The notes under the pieces are model-generated. The model was not told the origin of the DNA, ran no database searches, and saw only the letters and a list, made by a program, of their open reading frames with translations. The position numbers and the translations under genes are program-made. Positions 57,301 to 64,000 of a stretch of 64,000 bases of DNA are shown here, one piece after another; the stretch's first letter is position 1; every line of letters starts with the position of its first letter. Source of the stretch: Bdellovibrionota bacterium (GTDB taxonomy: Bacteria; Bdellovibrionota_C; UBA2361; OMII01); the NCBI GenBank assembly GCA_044345405.1, contig JBIJBE010000004.1:63007-127006 (forward strand), given 5' to 3'.

Positions 57301-59073
57301 ATGAACAGGACTTGGCTAGTCACCGTCTCAGCTCTCGTGGCGTTCGCCTGTATGAGTATCGAGAGCTCCAACGCTAATCCTCGCCCCTGTCGGTTCGGCT
57401 TCAAAGGGGTCTACGTCACCTGGAACAAAGACTCCTCAGCCGCCGGAAGAGGCACGTTCGACCCATCCACGAGCCGATCATCAGTTCTTCCTAATTTTAC
57501 CTGGGAGGTAACCGGCAAACCTCAGTCTGTCACCATCGGCACCGATGAACCGTTCAGCGGCGGAAACTCCATGAAGGGATTCTATGGCCAGGCGGATGAC
57601 GCCACTAATTTGAATATCAGGGTACAATCAAACAGCACACCCGCTAAAAAACCGATCCCTCACAGCGCTGTGCTTACCCTTCGATTCGACGCGAGCACAC
57701 CAGCCTCTGGATGGGCTTTCTCTGTGATCGATATCGATGTTGACCAAGTTCGTTTGAGCGCCACGGATAGAAACGGCAACCAAGTATCGGCGACTGAAAT
57801 TGATAACTGGTTCGTACAAAAATTTGACGCTAATCCAAGCCAAGATGGCGTCAATATCCCATCATGGGACGCGAAAGGATCGGCCGTAGTTGGGGCCTCA
57901 AGCAGATCGACAACGGTTCGAGAGACGGTAGAGGGAGATTTGGACGATACCGAAGCCGCCTCCGCGTGGTTCCAACCACGAACCTCCCTCAACACACTCA
58001 CCTTCGAATACGAATCGTTACAAGAATACGCGACGCCGTCCTTCCACGTCCTTTTAGCGGCGTGTGAGACGAACTACATCGCCCCTACACCGACTCCTAA
58101 CGCGACACCGAGCGGCGATAGCGATGGTGACACAATTCCAGATGTGATCGAGGGAACTGACGATAACGACGATGACCAACGTCCGAACTATCTCGACTTA
58201 GATAGCGATGGCGATTCAATCCCTGACTCGACTGAAGGCACCGGAGATCCTGACGGCGACGGAATCCCAAACTATCAGGACGGCGACTCAGATGGAGATA
58301 ACGTTCCCGATCGAATCGAGGGAGATCCAGACGCGCCAGGCTCTGTGCCATCCCAAAGGGACGACAACGGTGATGGCGTTGATGATGGAGATAACGGCCG
58401 TATCAGTAACCTCTCGGATGAGGATGGAGACGGGACTCCCGATGTAACGGACACCGACTCCGATAATGACGGCAAACTCGATGGGGATGAGGCGTTTGAT
58501 CTCGACGGCGACGGCACCTCGGACATCCCTCCATCCGGCGAAGACACCAACGAGAATGGTGTTGATGATGCTTACGATGGCAAGATCTCCACAGATCAGA
58601 TAAGCAAAGATTACATCGGCGAAGATGAGGCTCCATTGTGCGCGACCTCCAATCAAACGAGCGCTAAGAAGGCGGTAAACGCCCGCTTAGCGGCTCTCGC
58701 GGATCGGGTCCCCAATTTTAGTCGCCGCGCTATAGCGTGCGGAGGTGCCCAAATACGGGGCATTGTCACCAAAGCGGCCTCAGCGCGCCGCTCGTTCGAG
58801 CGCGAACTCAACGCATCGTTCGCGGATGAGGAACTCGTGTGTCCCACCACGGTATGCCCGTCGTCGTCTAAGACCGCCTCAAAAGCGAAGCTCAATGCCC
58901 TGGCCGCTCAGCTCTTTGTGCACGCGAAGCGAGCCAAGCTTAACGCCATGAAAGCGTGCAAACCGCAGCATAGTGGCGGCACCGACACTCGACCTCAGAC
59001 CGAGGATTATCTCGCGGCTCTGAGAAAGGCGATCGGGGTTCTCCCCGCGACCGTGAGTGAGTGCGAGGGATAG
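57301..59073 (+). CDS. exported protein with thrombospondin type-3-like Ca-binding repeats and Cys-rich C-terminal domain
   Basis: Signal peptide, beta-rich domain, PTPTP linker, repeated DSDGD.IPD..EG and D.DGDG.P motifs, then a 6-Cys helical tail. GGGGGA RBS. Confidence 0.85.
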   Translation: MNRTWLVTVSALVAFACMSIESSNANPRPCRFGFKGVYVTWNKDSSAAGRGTFDPSTSRSSVLPNFTWEVTGKPQSVTIGTDEPFSGGNSMKGFYGQADDATNLNIRVQSNSTPAKKPIPHSAVLTLRFDASTPASGWAFSVIDIDVDQVRLSATDRNGNQVSATEIDNWFVQKFDANPSQDGVNIPSWDAKGSAVVGASSRSTTVRETVEGDLDDTEAASAWFQPRTSLNTLTFEYESLQEYATPSFHVLLAACETNYIAPTPTPNATPSGDSDGDTIPDVIEGTDDNDDDQRPNYLDLDSDGDSIPDSTEGTGDPDGDGIPNYQDGDSDGDNVPDRIEGDPDAPGSVPSQRDDNGDGVDDGDNGRISNLSDEDGDGTPDVTDTDSDNDGKLDGDEAFDLDGDGTSDIPPSGEDTNENGVDDAYDGKISTDQISKDYIGEDEAPLCATSNQTSAKKAVNARLAALADRVPNFSRRAIACGGAQIRGIVTKAASARRSFERELNASFADEELVCPTTVCPSSSKTASKAKLNALAAQLFVHAKRAKLNAMKACKPQHSGGTDTRPQTEDYLAALRKAIGVLPATVSECEG

Positions 59074-59216
59074 GCGTATCACCCAATCGAAGTTATAGGT
59101 TCGTCCCGTTCCGGGGGGTGCACATACGCGCTGTATGGTCGTACTAACCTAAAAGTAGCGGGAACAGCGGAGCTATGTGGAGAGGCTGCCCAAGGGGCAA
59201 GAGCGTTTTCGGTCCC

Positions 59217-60911
59217 CTAGAGAAGTCCGCATCCACCGCGCTTGATCCACTCGGGAGTGAAATTCGCGATGTTCGATCGGACCTCATCGCAGAAGTACCC
59301 GGGTGTGACCGGGTCGCAAAAAACGCGGGGATTATAGTTATCGAGCACCGTGGGATTCGGGAGCATACCGGAGGTCGCGAGAAAATCTGATACCCTTTTC
59401 TTTACCTCAAATAGGTCGATCGTATTCCCTTTACCATCGATAGCCCGAGCGGCAACGATCACCTTAATGAGAGATTTATGACACTGCGTCTCCGAGGTCT
59501 CCCGCACAGGCGCTCGCCCATCTCGTGAAACTTCATACGCGAGCGTTTTACCGAAATCGTTTGAGGTCAGGACATGAATGTCCGCCTGGAGTCCCGCGTC
59601 CTGCAGCTCCTTTCGGATCCAACTCTCAAAAACCGTCATATCTCTGCGAGGCACGCCACAGTACTGCTGCGCGAGCCCAGGCGGAACGTAACCACCTAGG
59701 TGACACATACCACCGTAATCGGTGATGTCAGCTAAGGTTAAGGTCACAAGTGGGGCATAGACGTCCTCGATACACAACCCGTCCTCACGTTCCGCGGCGG
59801 CAAGGAGCTGGAGCGCGTCAGTTGAAAATATCTCGTCGTATCGTCCTGTGAGCGCCTTATCGCGGATATCTTGGTAGAACTTGTCTGTGTACAGGTACTC
59901 GAGAGGATTTTCCGCGCTCGCCTTGTCCCATACTCCTTTGTGAAAAATGACCTGCTCAGCCAAACATCCAACAGGAAGTGTGGCGAGCTCCGCGCGATAG
60001 AAACTTCGTCGCTGCGCGACGTCATCGTAGGGACGTTCCGCGTATCGCCCGCTAATGTGGAGTTCCATTCCCCCGCCATGAGCCTTCAGCGTTTGCTCGT
60101 GGCGCTCTACATCTCGTATAGCTCGCGCGATAAGGGAGGGAGCGAATCCTGACCGAAGATAATCCAGCTTGAGGTATGAACACCTATCAAGTTCATCCTC
60201 AAGCTGCTTCAACGACGCCAAGCGGGCATCGGTCAGCTTGCCATCGAGAGATCCATAATCGGCGGTCCGATCCTCACGCGGCCGAAGATCGTCTCGAGTT
60301 AAGATAGCCATCACATCGCCGTAGTACTTACCGAGAATTCGCCGAACTTCCGGATCTTTCGCGGCGGCAACCGCTCCGTGGTATTCGTGAAAATCGTTGG
60401 CTGGCCACCATGAGTTAAAGTCCTTAGGCGCTCCTGGCATAGAAGCGAATACCCGATCAAGGGCGTGAGAGCCTAGTCGGTGAGGATCATGAAGCAACAG
60501 AACGAGTTCGAGAACCTTGGTCTCGTACGGAGTGAGTCCGACACGCCCACCTTCATTTAACGCATGGACGCTGTGCGCGGCGTGAATGCAGTGATCATAT
60601 CGTGTTAGATCGACGTGATTGAACAGTCGAGAGTGCGCGACGGTAGAGTGAGGAACGTCGCGGAGGTGCTGGAAGAAGTCGGTAGCGACAAGAGATCTTC
60701 CCTCCTCCGACAATCTCTCAGCCAAGGTGCCAATCCAGCCTTGATACGCCTCTCGGCTTCCGCTCAATCGCTGAACTTTTCCGCTTGGAAGAAGGTAATC
60801 TTTGAGTTCTGTTCCGGATTCAGCCCCGTGATTTTGGGCCGTTTGCTGTCGCGATGATGAATCATCGTGAGCTTTTTGACCTGCGTGTACCTGTCCATTC
60901 GGGCCTGACAT
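59217..60911 (-). CDS. HD-domain phosphohydrolase, SAMHD1/dNTP triphosphohydrolase-like
   Basis: FQHLRDV, TRYDHCIHAAH, LLLHD....GSHALD, FHE, ELDRCSYLKLD follow the H...HD...D order of this family. Confidence 0.75.
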   Translation of the reverse strand: MSGPNGQVHAGQKAHDDSSSRQQTAQNHGAESGTELKDYLLPSGKVQRLSGSREAYQGWIGTLAERLSEEGRSLVATDFFQHLRDVPHSTVAHSRLFNHVDLTRYDHCIHAAHSVHALNEGGRVGLTPYETKVLELVLLLHDPHRLGSHALDRVFASMPGAPKDFNSWWPANDFHEYHGAVAAAKDPEVRRILGKYYGDVMAILTRDDLRPREDRTADYGSLDGKLTDARLASLKQLEDELDRCSYLKLDYLRSGFAPSLIARAIRDVERHEQTLKAHGGGMELHISGRYAERPYDDVAQRRSFYRAELATLPVGCLAEQVIFHKGVWDKASAENPLEYLYTDKFYQDIRDKALTGRYDEIFSTDALQLLAAAEREDGLCIEDVYAPLVTLTLADITDYGGMCHLGGYVPPGLAQQYCGVPRRDMTVFESWIRKELQDAGLQADIHVLTSNDFGKTLAYEVSRDGRAPVRETSETQCHKSLIKVIVAARAIDGKGNTIDLFEVKKRVSDFLATSGMLPNPTVLDNYNPRVFCDPVTPGYFCDEVRSNIANFTPEWIKRGGCGLL

Positions 60912-61402
60912 CGTATTCGTGGTGTCGGGTCAGATTTTATCGCCCTCTCCGTCCCGTTACCGAGCGTCGAGGCTTCGCTTCGCAGTTGTTTCACACCTGC
61001 CGCCAGAACGTTGTAAAAAAACTCCCTGCTCTGTTGAGAAACAGAAAAGAACAACATCTACGGGTAGAATGTGATGGTGGATTGATACAGCTTGCGGAAA
61101 CGTTAGTCAAATTTAAGTCGATGAAAATAACGTCAATAACGACACTTTCGCGAGTTAGCTGTCCTCAAGGAGAGCTCCCCCGCAAAACCCACATATTCCC
61201 AACAATTGACTAAAAACCGGCCTTTTGAGAGGGTCCCCTGGCACTGACCGGCTGCCAATCGGAATACTTGGTCCGATCGGATGACATAAGTAATGGGTAG
61301 AAGCACGTGACGCGGCATGAACGCCTCACGAAGGTGGCGAGACGCCCCCCTCGTGAGGCAGAGCGGTTCTGCTGTGATGGTTAGACAGAAAGGAGTCCAG
61401 AG

Positions 61403-61759
61403 ATGGGCCTTGCGGTTTTCCTGGCGTTAGGGACACTCGTAGTTGTGAGTGTCTTTACCATGCGCCTCAGCGTTCCTGACCGTTCAGAAGCGGTCGTCGA
61501 GCAACAGGTGGTGATCAACAACCTCGGGCAACGCGAGCGATCGCGGCCTTTTAGGTTGGCATCCCGTTTTTCCCCATTGCTTCTCTCCTCGTCGGACGGC
61601 ACCGATCCAAAGGAGGTGGAGAACGTACTGATCTTTGAGGACTATCCTCTCATACCTGTGTGTGTATACGGCCCATGGATTAGCCCCGGGGAGATCGTAT
61701 CTATCTGGGTGTGGAAGGATCAGGGTGGCAACGTCCTTGCTATCGAGCTGGACCGGTAA
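61403..61759 (+). CDS. small membrane-anchored hypothetical protein
   Basis: AAAGGAG RBS, N-terminal TM helix and a beta-rich (OB-like) remainder. Confidence 0.6.
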   Translation: MGLAVFLALGTLVVVSVFTMRLSVPDRSEAVVEQQVVINNLGQRERSRPFRLASRFSPLLLSSSDGTDPKEVENVLIFEDYPLIPVCVYGPWISPGEIVSIWVWKDQGGNVLAIELDR

Positions 61760-62090
61760 CTTTTTTTCGAGGTAGTAGCCTAGCTCTGCCTCATTCCAAC
61801 GCCCTCCTCGCTTTTCAGATTCGAACTAAAACCTACTCGAAGTCCGTCAGCGCAAATCTCCTAACCTAATGCCAATCAAATTCTGCTTCGGTCTCTGATT
61901 TTCTTGTTTGATTCAGAAGCTTTTAGAGTTAGAACGGTCCTCGGCGGTGCTTGAAATCATCGCTGTGCATCCCGTCCTCTTTCCGCCTGCGCCGCGATCT
62001 ATCGAAGCGGCATCATGCGAACCGTGTCGGGGTTCGCGGCGAGCGCATAACGAGCCTGATATTTTTCGAAGTTTCAATTCGGAGTCACGG

Positions 62091-64000
62091 ATGAGCAATT
62101 TTGGTGGCAAGCGAGCCCATTACGATCGGACCGTCAAATTTCGTCCGCCCAACCAAGACCCCAAAATTCACCTCCCAATCAAAGTTCCGAAACGCCCGAT
62201 ACCCGCCGCCTGCTCCTTTAATCCGGGACCCGATCGCTCTGCGATCCTCAAGCGCCTCGGCGCTCAAATCGCCAAAGCCCCTCCCGCGCCTCTCAAAAAG
62301 GAGAAGGCGCCTGAGGAGTTGCCGATCTTTAAACACAAAGTGGAGATTATTCGGTGCGCTCACGATGCTCGTAAGGTTCTCCTGATCGCGGAAACTGGAT
62401 CTGGGAAAACCACCACAGCGCCCGCATTTATCAACGGTGAGGGATTTAAGGTTACCGTACTCGGGCCTCGACGACTTCCCGCAAGCGAGCTCGCAGCCTT
62501 CGGCGCGAAAACAAGGAATGAGGAGGTCGGCGACTCTATCGGGTTCGCTCACGCCCTCGATCGACGAGTATCAGACAAATCGGAGATCGTGTACGCGACC
62601 GAGGGATACGAGCTCGCACGACAGATCCACAAACCTCTGTCAGACGATGAGGTGCTGATCTTCGATGAATTCCATGAACGCACCGCGAACGCCGTAATTC
62701 TTCTGGGATTCTACAAGATGCGAGAGGCGCACGGTCTCCCCGTTCCAAAGATCTGGGTCATGACCGCCACGCCGAACAAAGAACAGATCGTCTCATACCT
62801 CGGGGATCCCGCGGTTATCTCAGTAGAGGGGCGTAAATATTCCATCACCCACCTTGAAAAAGGCCCCTCACCATCGGCTGACGCGGTGCGCTTCTTGAAC
62901 GACGGCATCAATCCTCTCAGCTTCCACTACGGAGTTAAGGATATTGAGCAACACATCTTCGCGGTACGTAAAGAGGCCCCTCCAGGTAGTTCGGTGTACC
63001 CGCTTCACAGCAAGATGGGCCGAGAGGAGCAACAAGCGGCGATTGAGGACAAGCCAAACAAAGCCGTAGCGGCGACCAACACAGCTCAGACGAGCCTTAC
63101 CCTCAAAGGAATGGGCGCGGTCATCATCACCGGACTTACCCGTCGCCTGGTGCTCGATACAGAGGGGTTCCCATCACTTATCATCGATGACATCTCACAA
63201 GATGAGTACCGACAGCAGATGGGTCGAGTCGGTCGAACTCAGAATGGCTTCGTCGTGAGTCACGGCAAGCCGTACGGAGAGCTTAAGCCTCACGCTCCCT
63301 CCGAGATCCAAAATATCGCCCTTGAAACGATCATTTTGAGGTTGGCCGCGGCGAAGATATCCTTCTACGACCTAAATAATTATCTCATCGACCCCGTTAA
63401 TAAGGACAACATTAAACGGGGCTACGAAGTTCTCCGCAATCTCGGGCTCATCGAGTCGCCGAAAGAGGCGTCCCCACTCGGTCTTGAAGTAGCGCGGCTC
63501 CCCGTCGATGCGCGCATGGGTAAACTTCTGGTGAAAGCTCGGGAGTACCAAAAACAATACAAAGTCGGAATTCTGGATGACGCCGTTCGGATCGCAGCGG
63601 TTGTTGAAGCGGAAGGAATCCTCTCTGGCGACAGTCGGCAGTGGCAGCGGATTGCGAGTAACGAGCGGACGTCAGACCTGATCAAGCAAGCGACGGTATT
63701 CCAACGAGCGCATAATATGTCCCCGGACCAACGAGCGGCGGTAGGTATCGATGAGGTCAACTATCAGCGGGCGTGTGATATCGAACGCATGCTCCGTCGA
63801 CGCCTCGAACTCTCAGAGGAGGCGCTCGCACGAGTCGCTGAGAAAGCGAACGAAACGATGATGGAGAGACTACATCGTCAGAGCGCGGAGGAGGAAAAAC
63901 GAAAGTGGTTATCTCGCGCGATCATCGAAGCACACGTTGATTGCTTGTTTCGATTCGTCGGCAGGGACCAAACTGGCAACTACCTCTATAAACCGCTCCT
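62091..64000 (+). CDS. DEAH/RHA-family (HrpA/HrpB-like) ATP-dependent helicase, truncated by the window end and absent from the ORF track
   Basis: Translated by hand from ATG 62091 (GGAG RBS) with no stop to 64000: LPIFKHK.EI, AETGSGKTT, GPRRL, YATEG, DEFHER, MTAT, PLHS, ATNTAQTSLT, QQMGRVGRT, and HA2-like ARLPVDARMGKLL. Confidence 0.9.
   Translation, partial: MSNFGGKRAHYDRTVKFRPPNQDPKIHLPIKVPKRPIPAACSFNPGPDRSAILKRLGAQIAKAPPAPLKKEKAPEELPIFKHKVEIIRCAHDARKVLLIAETGSGKTTTAPAFINGEGFKVTVLGPRRLPASELAAFGAKTRNEEVGDSIGFAHALDRRVSDKSEIVYATEGYELARQIHKPLSDDEVLIFDEFHERTANAVILLGFYKMREAHGLPVPKIWVMTATPNKEQIVSYLGDPAVISVEGRKYSITHLEKGPSPSADAVRFLNDGINPLSFHYGVKDIEQHIFAVRKEAPPGSSVYPLHSKMGREEQQAAIEDKPNKAVAATNTAQTSLTLKGMGAVIITGLTRRLVLDTEGFPSLIIDDISQDEYRQQMGRVGRTQNGFVVSHGKPYGELKPHAPSEIQNIALETIILRLAAAKISFYDLNNYLIDPVNKDNIKRGYEVLRNLGLIESPKEASPLGLEVARLPVDARMGKLLVKAREYQKQYKVGILDDAVRIAAVVEAEGILSGDSRQWQRIASNERTSDLIKQATVFQRAHNMSPDQRAAVGIDEVNYQRACDIERMLRRRLELSEEALARVAEKANETMMERLHRQSAEEEKRKWLSRAIIEAHVDCLFRFVGRDQTGNYLYKPL

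Noticed and set aside
58110-58580. Repetitive GAC/GAT/GGC-rich DNA as a CRISPR or non-coding array
   Set aside because: It is the in-frame coding sequence of DxDxDG calcium-binding repeats and has no constant repeat-spacer period.
62085-63760. Several short ORFs listed in the track at the window end
   Set aside because: All overlap the long helicase frame starting at 62091, which carries the conserved motifs.
59217-64000. HD domain plus SF2 helicase interpreted as a split Cas3
   Set aside because: The HD protein is SAMHD1-type and the helicase is RHA-type with an HA2-like region. They are divergent, and no cas genes or CRISPR array are visible.

Overview
Chromosomal, gene-dense window from a Gram-negative bacterium. 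A delta-proteobacterial or Bdellovibrionota-like origin is a weak inference from the sigma54-type flgE promoter and the nuoA and menaquinone genes. About 60 CDS and one tRNA-Arg(UCU) are supported. I see no rRNA, CRISPR array, integrase, transposase or phage genes. Housekeeping genes: menC (partial)-menE, flgE, nuoA, crcB, arfB, lpdA-lipB, fused E1 and E2 of a 2-oxoacid dehydrogenase, rsmD, panB, a DUF47-Pit pair, an M42 peptidase and a beta-CASP nuclease. They are interleaved with many orphans and diverged enzymes. The most unusual items are: (i) a membrane-anchored tandem-AAA (Cdc48/p97-like) ATPase head-to-head with a Thg1-like 3'-5' nucleotidyltransferase; (ii) a Ser/Thr receptor-like kinase coupled to two exported single-Cys proteins; (iii) a cryptic kinase-fold orphan; (iv) an ankyrin-like/PcfJ-like protein; (v) a SAMHD1-type HD protein divergent from a DEAH/RHA helicase that the ORF track missed because it runs off the window; (vi) several apparent pseudo-enzymes. 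All family calls come from motif recognition by eye, not from database searches.
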